The notes below the pieces were generated by a model that was not told the DNA's origin, did no database searches, and saw nothing but the letters and a program-made list of their open reading frames with translations. 64,000 nucleotides of DNA from Candidatus Margulisiibacteriota bacterium (GTDB taxonomy: Bacteria > Margulisbacteria > WOR-1 > O2-12-FULL-45-9): contig JBAZZP010000003.1 in the NCBI GenBank assembly GCA_041658745.1, positions 83,423 through 147,422 of the forward strand, written 5' to 3'. This document shows, one piece after another, positions 1-8,134 of the stretch. Position 1 is the stretch's first letter, and the number at the start of each line of letters is the position of its first letter. Made by a program: the position numbers and the translations under genes.

Positions 1-141
1 AAACAATCATCCCACAAAAGATAAACTGCAAATCTTGCTCAGAGAAATCAAACCTTTGGCTGGAAAAATAAAAAGAAAATACTAGTAGTCCAAGAACAAC
101 AAAAGCATTAAAAGCGGCAAATAATTTATAGGGTATTTTCA

Positions 142-921
142 TTATGGGATCCAAGGCACCTCCACGGTAATAACGGCTCCCGTACTAGCATTAATTTCGC
201 AGCGGGCAAACTCAGATTGAGCATTATAATCAAAAATAATTTGCCATATAGCATCACCGCCTAGCGTTAATGGGGAACTTAACCGAAAAACATCAAGAAA
301 CGGTTCAGTCTTTCCACTTTCCCAGCTAGCAACCAGTGGAATATTCCTAAAAATGGCAATTGCTTGCGTGCTGTCGATCGGCCAAGTTTCTAAGCTATTG
401 GAAAACGAAGGATAAAAATTAATATAAAGTTCATTTAATTTTGCAGAGTCTGTTTCGGGATATCGATAAGCGCCTCCGTCCACTCTAATTACCTCAAAAG
501 TTACTCCATCACTATAACAAAAATCCCAGTTTTCCGCAGTGGACACGACCGTTCCGCTTCCATGTTGCTCAGAAAGCCAGGCTTTTACTCCTACCAAGTG
601 ATATCCATCTGGGACAAGCCCCCAAGGTTCGCCCATTATATAACACCATCTTAGTCCGCCTACGGCAATAGTGGAAGTAGTCATCCCAGTTGTGGTGCTC
701 GTACTAGTTGTACTCGTCGAGGTCGAAGTTGTGCTCGTTGTGGTTGAAGTGGTTGTCTCGGTTGTTGTGGAAGTGCTGGAAGTGGAGGTTTCAGTTGAGG
801 TTGTAGCTGTGCTGGTTGTAGTAGTAGAAGTAGTAGCTCCGCAACCCATCCCAAACAAAACCAACAGAATAAAAAGGAACCCAAACGAACTAAAAAAAAC
901 TAAACCATTGTTTTTATACAT
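142..921 (-). CDS. Secreted lipoprotein with a long Ser/Thr-rich (mucin-like) linker and a C-terminal globular domain of unknown function
   Basis: N-terminal signal peptide with lipobox-like LVLFGMGC. About 60 aa of T/S low-complexity follows, then an ordered domain. Antisense ORFs 671..1018 and 681..884 are shadows of this repeat. Confidence 0.5.
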   Translation of the reverse strand: MYKNNGLVFFSSFGFLFILLVLFGMGCGATTSTTTTSTATTSTETSTSSTSTTTETTTSTTTSTTSTSTSTTSTSTTTGMTTSTIAVGGLRWCYIMGEPWGLVPDGYHLVGVKAWLSEQHGSGTVVSTAENWDFCYSDGVTFEVIRVDGGAYRYPETDSAKLNELYINFYPSFSNSLETWPIDSTQAIAIFRNIPLVASWESGKTEPFLDVFRLSSPLTLGGDAIWQIIFDYNAQSEFARCEINASTGAVITVEVPWIP

Positions 922-933
922 CTTTTATTTCCT

Positions 934-2115
934 TCAGCTGAATAGATTTTTTAAAAGCTGGCTTCCTCGCACAATCTTCAACTTCGCCTTCCTCGCCTCT
1001 TTCTCATTATACCCCTGAATGCCTTTCCTTGCCATTCCTTGCCCTCCCTTGCCATCATAAATTACGAAAGGCACATCGTCCGCCGTATGTGTCATGTATT
1101 TGATCGGGGTTGGATGATCAGGAAGAACGAGTATCCGGGTATCCGGGGATCCGGGGATCAGGGAATGGTTTAATATATTCCCCACAACATATTTATCAAA
1201 ATCCTCAATCGCTTTAATTTTATGTTTAATATTGCCTTCATGACCGGCTTCGTCGGGCGCTTCAACGTGAACAAAGACAACATCGTGCTTTTTTAGTGCT
1301 CTCAGAGCAGCCTTTGCTTTCCCCACATAATTAGTATCTAAATAGCCGGTTGCTCCTGGGACTTTGATGACTTCAAGTCCAATAATTTTGCCAATTCCTT
1401 TTAGCAAGCCAACAGCAGTTATAATTGCTCCGCTTTTCCCAAATTGTTTTTTAAAAGTCGGCATCGTTGGCGCAGTTCCCTGCCCCCACAACCAAATCAT
1501 GTTAGCTTTTGACTTTAAATCATGCAGAATAACTTCGCCTTCGTTCATCAAGCGCAAAATAGCTTCAGACCCCTTCCCTTTCGGTAAATAATCGTGGATG
1601 CATTGGCCGGTGATGTCATGAGGTGGGGTAGTACCAACATTTGACATTTGACATTTGTCATTTGTCATTATCGTCATGATATGGCGATAGCTAACTCCAG
1701 TGTAAAAGCAAACATCTTTGCTTCCCAACTTCGCATTGAGTTGACGAATTATTTTGTCCGCTTCCTTGGTAGAAATGTGTCCAGCCGTGAAATCTTTCAT
1801 CTTGCCGTCTTTAACGGTCACCAGGTTGCAGCGGAAGGCTAATTCATTGTTCCGCAGTTTAATTCCCAGACTAGCAGCTTCGAGTGGTCCTCTACCCGAA
1901 TAATACTTTTTGGGATCGTAACCAAAAATGCTCATAGCAGCAACGTCAGATCCGGGCGGCATTTTGGGCGGAACGTTATTGGTCCAACCAACAAGGCCAT
2001 TGCGGGCCATAAAATCCAAGTTGGGGGTTTTGGCAACTTCAAGGGGAGTTTTCCCTCCCAAAGCTTTGAGTGGCAGATCGGACATTCCATCGCCGATGAG
2101 AACTAAATACTTCAT
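934..2115 (-). CDS. apgM: 2,3-bisphosphoglycerate-independent phosphoglycerate mutase, archaeal type
   Basis: N-terminus MKYLVLIGDGMSD. Full-length similarity to the ApgM/cofactor-independent PGM family (phosphopentomutase/alkaline phosphatase superfamily). Contains several in-frame short tandem repeat insertions. Confidence 0.85.
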   Translation of the reverse strand: MKYLVLIGDGMSDLPLKALGGKTPLEVAKTPNLDFMARNGLVGWTNNVPPKMPPGSDVAAMSIFGYDPKKYYSGRGPLEAASLGIKLRNNELAFRCNLVTVKDGKMKDFTAGHISTKEADKIIRQLNAKLGSKDVCFYTGVSYRHIMTIMTNDKCQMSNVGTTPPHDITGQCIHDYLPKGKGSEAILRLMNEGEVILHDLKSKANMIWLWGQGTAPTMPTFKKQFGKSGAIITAVGLLKGIGKIIGLEVIKVPGATGYLDTNYVGKAKAALRALKKHDVVFVHVEAPDEAGHEGNIKHKIKAIEDFDKYVVGNILNHSLIPGSPDTRILVLPDHPTPIKYMTHTADDVPFVIYDGKGGQGMARKGIQGYNEKEARKAKLKIVRGSQLLKNLFS

Positions 2116-2516
2116 TTTTTGTTCAACGGCAATTGCAACTCAGGCACAGCAGGGATAGCCATTTTGGGCATCATTTTTTCCACCGCCGGAATACTGGGAA
2201 GCTCTGGGGTAGAAGTCTGAGTAGACATAATTTTATCTTTTATATATGAATTTACCTTGGGTGCTCCATTTTCAATCGTCGGGTAAATGGTTTTGATGAT
2301 GTTGTATGACAGATTAACCACAAACGAATCTTTTAAATACTGTCTCCCAGCCCCCAAGATTGGCCAATCAACGATAAAACTGGTTACAATTCCAAAAATA
2401 ATCAAAGCACAGATGATGATTACAATACTTTTTAAGGTTTTAAAGATTCCACCAAAGTTCTTGACGAGGTAAATTAAAATCAGCGCCCCAATAACAATAT
2501 CGATAATGTTTATCAT
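2112..2516 (-). CDS. Small integral membrane protein, CvpA-like (colicin V production family)
   Basis: Three or four hydrophobic helices and a CvpA-like N-terminus. Placed immediately upstream of apgM and downstream of purE, as cvpA–purF often is. Confidence 0.4.
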   Translation of the reverse strand: MINIIDIVIGALILIYLVKNFGGIFKTLKSIVIIICALIIFGIVTSFIVDWPILGAGRQYLKDSFVVNLSYNIIKTIYPTIENGAPKVNSYIKDKIMSTQTSTPELPSIPAVEKMMPKMAIPAVPELQLPLNKK

Positions 2517-2971
2517 TATCCTTTGCGCATTTCCTGTTTAAACTTTTTTAGTTTGGCTTTTAGCTCGGGGTACTTAAGGGCTAAGATTTGAGCCGCTAAT
2601 ATCGCTGCATTCTTGGCTCCATCAATCGCAACGGTTGCAACCGGAACCCCTGGCGGCATCTGCACAATCGAAAACAAAGCGTCGTGGCCTTCTAGGCCTT
2701 TGGAGTGAATTGGAATCCCAATCACCGGCAAAATAGTGTGACCGGCAATTACGCCGGGCAGCGCCGCCGCCATCCCCGCCGCAGCGATAATTAGATCATA
2801 TTTTTTTTCGGCATTGGCTGCATACCTTGCAACTTGTTGAGGGGTGCGATGGGCCGAGGCGACCGTAATATCATAAGCAACGCCAAATTCTTTTAGCATG
2901 CTTTCAGTTTTAATTAAAATCGGCAGGTCTGACCGACTACCAGTAATGATTCCTACTTTTGGTTGTTTCAT
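2516..2971 (-). CDS. purE: N5-carboxyaminoimidazole ribonucleotide mutase (AIR carboxylase catalytic subunit)
   Basis: [13 protein letters not shown]...AHRTP...[16 protein letters not shown] motifs typical of PurE. 151 aa. Confidence 0.9.
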   Translation of the reverse strand: MKQPKVGIITGSRSDLPILIKTESMLKEFGVAYDITVASAHRTPQQVARYAANAEKKYDLIIAAAGMAAALPGVIAGHTILPVIGIPIHSKGLEGHDALFSIVQMPPGVPVATVAIDGAKNAAILAAQILALKYPELKAKLKKFKQEMRKG

Positions 2972-2980
2972 TTTTTCTCC

Positions 2981-4219
2981 CTATTCAGGAGTAACGGTCA
3001 TTATCAGTTTGGCTTGGTCCGGATACTTGGCAATAAAAATCAATTCTTCTTTGGTGAGTGGCTTTTGGGTATGGACATTGGCATAGCGCACCAGTTCTAG
3101 AACTCGGGCTGCTTCTTTGTCATCTTTAAATTCTACTTCTAATTTTCCATAGACATTGGCAAAGCCTTTTATTCCGCTGTATTCACCTACAGTAATCATA
3201 CGGCCAGATTCAACTAGTTCGGGTTCCCCTCGGCCCAATTCTTCGTAATCATATAATTCGTAATTGCGGCGGTTTTTAAGGGCTCCGTCAGCATGAATCC
3301 CTGATTCGTGGGCAAAAGCATTCGAACCTACCCCTACCTGATTAACCGGCAAAGGAATGCCAAAAGCGTATGAAGCATATTTGGCAAACTGCCATATTTT
3401 ATTTAACTTGATATTTTCGGGGAAAAGATTTAAATCTTTAAAACCACTGGAATATTTCAAGGCTAAAAGAACAGAAAGCAAGTCGGCATTACCGGCTCTT
3501 TCTCCCATCCCATTAATGGTCGTATTAATATAAGCGTCTTGTCCGCCGTCAATAATTCCTTTGGCTCCCATCACCGAACAAGCCACTGCCATTCCCAGAT
3601 CATTATGGCAATGCGTCTCAAGTGCAATTTTAGCTTTTTGAGCTATCGTCTTTAGTTTTTCATAAATCGTGAAAGGATCATCGGCCCCCAAAGTATCGCA
3701 ATAGCGAACTCGTTTTGCACCAACTTCTTTGGCAGCTTGGGCAAATTCAACTAGAAAATTAATATCCGTCCTTGAAGCATCTTCAGCGTTAACCCCTATC
3801 GTTTCAGCTCCCATTTTATACCCGGCCTTAACGGCACGCTGCATATTGGTAATAATTTCCTGGCGCGAAAATTTGCCGCTAAACTTGGCTTCGAGCATAA
3901 TATCCGAGGTTGAAATCGACATATTTAAATGCTTTATTGTAGGCACTAATTTATAAGCCAATTCAACGTCTTTGGTAATCGCTCGGATCCAGCCTTCGAG
4001 TTTAATTGGGCTCAGAGCGCCTATCTCGGCGAGTTGTAAATTAGCATTCAGATAATTAACTTCGTGTTGGGTGAAAGGGAAACCAAATTCAGACTGGTAA
4101 ACCCCAATATCGTTGAGATACATATTAACAATGGTTTTTTCTAATTTGGCAAGGCCAATGCGTGAAGTTTGCACCCCATCGCGGTTTGTAACATCCAGAA
4201 TATGAATTTTTGGCATCAT
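2981..4219 (-). CDS. Homocitrate synthase / 2-isopropylmalate synthase family protein (short form, AksA/NifV/CimA-like, no LeuA C-terminal regulatory domain)
   Basis: HMGL-like TIM barrel with LDVTNRDGVQ...ETHCHNDLGMAVA...HESGIHADG signatures. 412 aa. Confidence 0.8.
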   Translation of the reverse strand: MMPKIHILDVTNRDGVQTSRIGLAKLEKTIVNMYLNDIGVYQSEFGFPFTQHEVNYLNANLQLAEIGALSPIKLEGWIRAITKDVELAYKLVPTIKHLNMSISTSDIMLEAKFSGKFSRQEIITNMQRAVKAGYKMGAETIGVNAEDASRTDINFLVEFAQAAKEVGAKRVRYCDTLGADDPFTIYEKLKTIAQKAKIALETHCHNDLGMAVACSVMGAKGIIDGGQDAYINTTINGMGERAGNADLLSVLLALKYSSGFKDLNLFPENIKLNKIWQFAKYASYAFGIPLPVNQVGVGSNAFAHESGIHADGALKNRRNYELYDYEELGRGEPELVESGRMITVGEYSGIKGFANVYGKLEVEFKDDKEAARVLELVRYANVHTQKPLTKEELIFIAKYPDQAKLIMTVTPE

Positions 4220-4289
4220 TTTCCTCCCGTAAAAGTAAATTATAGCTTATTTTTATTTGCGCTGCAACTATGCTATACTCGCCTTAAAG

Positions 4290-5141
4290 ATGCACAAAAT
4301 TACCGGATTATTGGGATTTCCGCTTGGACACACTCTTTCCCCCGCTATGCAAAACGCGGCCTTCAAAGAATTGGGCCTTGATTGGGAATATAAAAAGTTT
4401 GAAGTTGCGCCAGAAGATCTCAAGGCAGCTGTTGATGGATTCAAGGCCATGCATCTAGCCGGATTTAATGTTACCATCCCCCACAAAGAAAAAATTATTC
4501 CATTGCTAGATGACGTCACTAAGCTTGCCTCCTTGATTGGCGCGGTTAATACCGTAAAATATCAAAATGGCAGTTTAATTGGTTACAACACCGACGGAGA
4601 AGGATTTATCGCTTCCTTAAAGAACGATGCCAATGAAAGTCCGGCCGGAAAAAACATCGTAGTATTAGGGGCGGGAGGAGCTGGTCGCGCGGTTTGTGTG
4701 ATGCTAGCAGAAAACAAGGCCAGCAATTTAACAATATCGGATATTGACCAAACCAAATCCGCAGAATTAGCAAAACATATTCGATCAAATTTTAAAATAA
4801 CTTGCTCAAGCCTACTGCCCAACAGTCCAGCACTGCAAGCCGCCATTAATTCAGCTCATATTTTAGTCAACACAACTCCGATCGGCATGCTTCCTAAAAT
4901 TGATTTTTCTCCGATCGACGAAACCATTCTTCTTCCTTCACAATTATTAGTTTATGACTTAGTCTACAATCCGGCTGAAACCAAATTAATTAAACAAGCC
5001 AAAGCTGCCGGCTGTCGCACCTGCTCTGGTCTAGGCATGCTGGTCTATCAAGGAGCTTTTGCTTTTACCATCTGGACCGGTGAAGAGGCCCCGCTTGAAG
5101 TAATGCGAGCAGCGGCGAAAAAGGCGCTAGGCCTGTCGTAA
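4290..5141 (+). CDS. aroE: Shikimate dehydrogenase
   Basis: MHKITGLLGFPLGHTLSP N-terminus and GAGGAGRAV Rossmann motif. Start moved to the internal ATG at 4290 (ORF track begins at 4257). Confidence 0.85.
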   Translation: MHKITGLLGFPLGHTLSPAMQNAAFKELGLDWEYKKFEVAPEDLKAAVDGFKAMHLAGFNVTIPHKEKIIPLLDDVTKLASLIGAVNTVKYQNGSLIGYNTDGEGFIASLKNDANESPAGKNIVVLGAGGAGRAVCVMLAENKASNLTISDIDQTKSAELAKHIRSNFKITCSSLLPNSPALQAAINSAHILVNTTPIGMLPKIDFSPIDETILLPSQLLVYDLVYNPAETKLIKQAKAAGCRTCSGLGMLVYQGAFAFTIWTGEEAPLEVMRAAAKKALGLS

Positions 5142-5198
5142 TTTCGACACCATTCCTCGTAATTTACCCGCAAATAGCTTGGCAATAACATTGCTGGG

Positions 5199-6209
5199 TT
5201 GCTAAGCATGCATTCATATCGCGAAACGCCCGCTCTATTAGATGAGATTATTGCACAGGCAATTTCCCAAAATGCATCTGATATCCATTTAGAGCCGCAC
5301 GAGAATCATCTTAAAGTGCGTTATCGAGTGGACGGGCTTCTGCAAGAAGGAGCCTCTGTTCCCAAGATAAAACAAGCATCGCTTACTTCCCGCCTTAAAG
5401 TGATGGTTAACCTCGATATCGCCGAAAGCCGACAACCGCAAGACGGAAGAACCAATCTGCAAATTAACAAAACAGCCTTTGATGTTCGGGTATCCACCAT
5501 TCCAACGATACATGGCGAAAAAGTAGTTATGCGACTGCTCAACCGCCAGCATGCCGCCCTGAAAATTGACGAGTTAGGGATGGAAAAAGAGGATTTAATA
5601 AAATATGAGAGGATGTTAAAGAAAAGAAGCGGAATAATTTTGGTAACTGGCCCAACGGGATCAGGCAAAACGACCACCCTCTACGCCACACTGTCCTATC
5701 TAAATTCGAAAGAGATAAACATCACGACCATTGAAGATCCGGTAGAATACCAATTGACAGGAATCAACCAAATTCAAATTAATCCAAAGGCAGGATTAAC
5801 TTTTGCTCGCGGGTTGCGCTCTATTTTGCGCCAAGATCCTGACGTTATCATGGTTGGTGAAATTCGCGATTTGGAAACGGCCAAGATCGCCCTACAAGCA
5901 GCGCTAACTGGGCATTTAGTCTTTTCAACCCTGCATACCAATGATGCGACATCAACCATTTGTCGTCTAATCGACATAGGGATCGAAAAATATTTAATCG
6001 AGTCAACCATTGTTGGAGTAATTGCGCAAAGACTAGTGCGCAAGAGAACTAGTGAGGGATATAAGGGACGCATTGGAATCTACGAAGTAATGGAAGGCAT
6101 CCAATCAAACACTGACATGTCTTCTCTTGCACAGAACGGAGAATTAAAAGTAGCACAGGGAATAACCACTAAAGAAGAATTAGCTCGCGTGCTTTATCTC
6201 GAACATTAA
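5199..6209 (+). CDS. Compact type II secretion / type IV pilus assembly ATPase (GspE/PilB family core; lacks N1 domain and tetracysteine zinc motif)
   Basis: ASDIHLEP...RVDG, Walker A GPTGSGKTT, Asp box DPDVIMVGEIRD, His box STLHTND and GYKGRIGIYE. Only 336 aa. Confidence 0.8.
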   Translation: MLSMHSYRETPALLDEIIAQAISQNASDIHLEPHENHLKVRYRVDGLLQEGASVPKIKQASLTSRLKVMVNLDIAESRQPQDGRTNLQINKTAFDVRVSTIPTIHGEKVVMRLLNRQHAALKIDELGMEKEDLIKYERMLKKRSGIILVTGPTGSGKTTTLYATLSYLNSKEINITTIEDPVEYQLTGINQIQINPKAGLTFARGLRSILRQDPDVIMVGEIRDLETAKIALQAALTGHLVFSTLHTNDATSTICRLIDIGIEKYLIESTIVGVIAQRLVRKRTSEGYKGRIGIYEVMEGIQSNTDMSSLAQNGELKVAQGITTKEELARVLYLEH

Positions 6210-6553
6210 CCACCACCGCCACCACCACCGCCGCCTCCGCCACCGGCCCCACCTCCAGCCCCTGCTCCTCCACCAGCTCCAGCTCCACCACTAGAACCAA
6301 CTCCTGGTCCTCCTCCCATATGCGCAAGAAGCGAAATAGCCAAAGCTTTGACATGTTGAAACAGGTTTTTCATGACATTGGTTTCTTGCAAAATTTGAAC
6401 CCGTGGGCATCTTTCGCAGAATTTAAACTCGGCCTTTAGCGGATTACAGGCAGCTTCTGGATAATAAATGCACTTTTTAAACCCTTCTTTTCTACGCTTC
6501 ATTTCTTTAGGGCTAATCAGCTTATTTGCCTCATCAATCTTATTTATTTCCAT
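6206..6553 (-). CDS. Hypothetical small protein with a Cys4 (C-x8-C…C-x2-C) N-terminal region and a poly-Gly/Ala C-terminal tail
   Basis: ORF is convergent with the ATPase gene and shares its TTAA stop. The tail is encoded by a CCACCACCGCC-type repeat. Coding status is uncertain. Confidence 0.3.
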   Translation of the reverse strand: MEINKIDEANKLISPKEMKRRKEGFKKCIYYPEAACNPLKAEFKFCERCPRVQILQETNVMKNLFQHVKALAISLLAHMGGGPGVGSSGGAGAGGGAGAGGGAGGGGGGGGGGGG

Positions 6554-6576
6554 GATTTCTGATATACTAGCACCAA

Positions 6577-7281
6577 ATGCTTTCTAAAGTCATCCGCACT
6601 ATCCTATTTTATTTTGTTTTAGTGGTAACTTTCTTTATTGGTACAACCATTACTTTTTTCTTCTTACCTTTCCACAGCAACAAGCACCGCCCCTTTCAAA
6701 TCGCCGCTCGCCTTTGGGCTAGGCTGCTGGTTAAAACCTCCAGGATCCCGCTCCAAATTGTTGGGCTAGAAAATATCGATAAAAATCAAACCTACTTGAT
6801 CGCGGCCAACCATCAAGGAGCAGCCGATATTCTGATTGTTTTAGCTGGATTGCCGATTAATTTCCTTTTCGCTATCAAAAAAGAATTATTTGAAATACCC
6901 GTCTTTGGCTGGTACCTTAAAAGAGCCGGTTATATTCCTGTTGACCGTGCTTTAATTCTAAGTGCCTATAAATTGGTAGAAACTTTTGCGGGACATTTGT
7001 CAGCCGGTGAATCTATTTTAGTTTTTCCGGAAGGGACCAGGACTAAGACTGGAGAACTAGGAGAATTTAAGCGCGGCAGTCTTCTCTCTGCTCCCAAAGC
7101 CAACGTGCCGGTTTTGCCGGTAGCCATTTCCGGCAGTTTTCATCTCCTGCCCAAAGGCTCCAAAATCATTGTCCCCCACCCGGTTAAAATGTCGATTGGC
7201 AAACCAATCACTTTTAGCCCAAGCGATGATTACGAAGAAAAAGTAAAAGAAGTCCACGATACAATTGCCAAGCTGCTTTAA
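6577..7281 (+). CDS. plsC: 1-acyl-sn-glycerol-3-phosphate acyltransferase
   Basis: N-terminal TM helix, NHQGAAD acyltransferase motif I and FPEGTR motif III. Confidence 0.8.
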   Translation: MLSKVIRTILFYFVLVVTFFIGTTITFFFLPFHSNKHRPFQIAARLWARLLVKTSRIPLQIVGLENIDKNQTYLIAANHQGAADILIVLAGLPINFLFAIKKELFEIPVFGWYLKRAGYIPVDRALILSAYKLVETFAGHLSAGESILVFPEGTRTKTGELGEFKRGSLLSAPKANVPVLPVAISGSFHLLPKGSKIIVPHPVKMSIGKPITFSPSDDYEEKVKEVHDTIAKLL

Positions 7282-7303
7282 GATTTGTTATACTTAAATT
7301 AAT

Positions 7304-7807
7304 ATGCAACTAAACGGCAAAGCTCGGCGCTTTAAACAAAACGATGACATCAATACCGATTATGTAATTTCCGGTCGCTACAAATTTAAAATCCAGGATC
7401 CCCATGAATTAGCTAAACACGTGATGGAAGATTTGGATCCTAATTTCTACAATCGCATCCAACAAGGCGATTTTATCGTGGTTGGTCGCAACTTTGGCTG
7501 TGGTTCTTCGAGAGAACAAGCCCCACAATCGATTAAATATGCTGGCATTGCAGCCGTAATAGCCAAATCGTTTGCTCGTATTTTCTATCGCAATTGCTAT
7601 AATCTAGGATTATTAGCGATCGAAGCCAATACTGACGGGATTGATGATGCTGATGAATTAGAACTGGATCTTGATGCTGGAGTGCTGCGCAACAAAACCA
7701 AAAAGCAGGAAATTAAAGTTGCTCCTCTTCCCAAAACTATGCAAACTTTGCTAGCGGACGGGGGATTAATTGAACATTTCAAAAAACATGGTGGGTTTGA
7801 GGTTTAA
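7304..7807 (+). CDS. leuD: 3-isopropylmalate/homoaconitate dehydratase small subunit (aconitase swivel domain, LeuD family)
   Basis: GRNFGCGSSREQAP signature of LeuD-like small subunits. No large subunit is adjacent. Confidence 0.75.
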   Translation: MQLNGKARRFKQNDDINTDYVISGRYKFKIQDPHELAKHVMEDLDPNFYNRIQQGDFIVVGRNFGCGSSREQAPQSIKYAGIAAVIAKSFARIFYRNCYNLGLLAIEANTDGIDDADELELDLDAGVLRNKTKKQEIKVAPLPKTMQTLLADGGLIEHFKKHGGFEV

Positions 7808-7837
7808 AATCAACTTTCTTTGTAAATTTTCTGCAAA

Positions 7838-8134
7838 TTACAAATCAACAACTTCTCTTGCCATTGGAACCGTAATTGATTTTGTTGGCAACGTCCTAGC
7901 AAAACGATTCATGGCATCAAGTCTTCCATGACATATAACGTACTTTTGAGCATCTGTGTTTCTTAAAAAATGATCAAGGGGCCCGGAATAGGGATGATCA
8001 AATCCAGGAGGCATTTTAAAAGCCGCTCCTGCCTGTTCGGCGGTCATTCCTAATAGTTTAGCAATTTCAGGATCCAAACAAGTTTTGGGGGGGGAGGAGA
8101 AGCACTCCGCCATCAGCAGCAATCTCTCTAACAA
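7838..8134 (-). pseudogene. C-terminal fragment of the same MBL/beta-CASP gene in a different frame (contains a VICHGR C-terminal His-motif-like segment)
   Basis: ORF overlaps the 3' end of 8067..9203. The frames switch at the C8 tract, so a 1-nt indel would fuse them into a roughly 455-aa protein. Confidence 0.5.

Noticed and set aside
671-1018. Val/Glu-rich ORFs (671..1018 +, 681..884 −) overlapping the 142..921 gene
   Set aside because: They are frame shadows of the Thr/Ser-coding repeat. They have a low-complexity translation and no independent start or RBS context.
6169-6354. Poly-proline ORF and possible CRISPR-like periodicity in the CCACCACCGCC tract
   Set aside because: The units are 3–12 nt coding repeats with no spacer structure. 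It is the antisense of the Gly-rich tail, not a CRISPR array.
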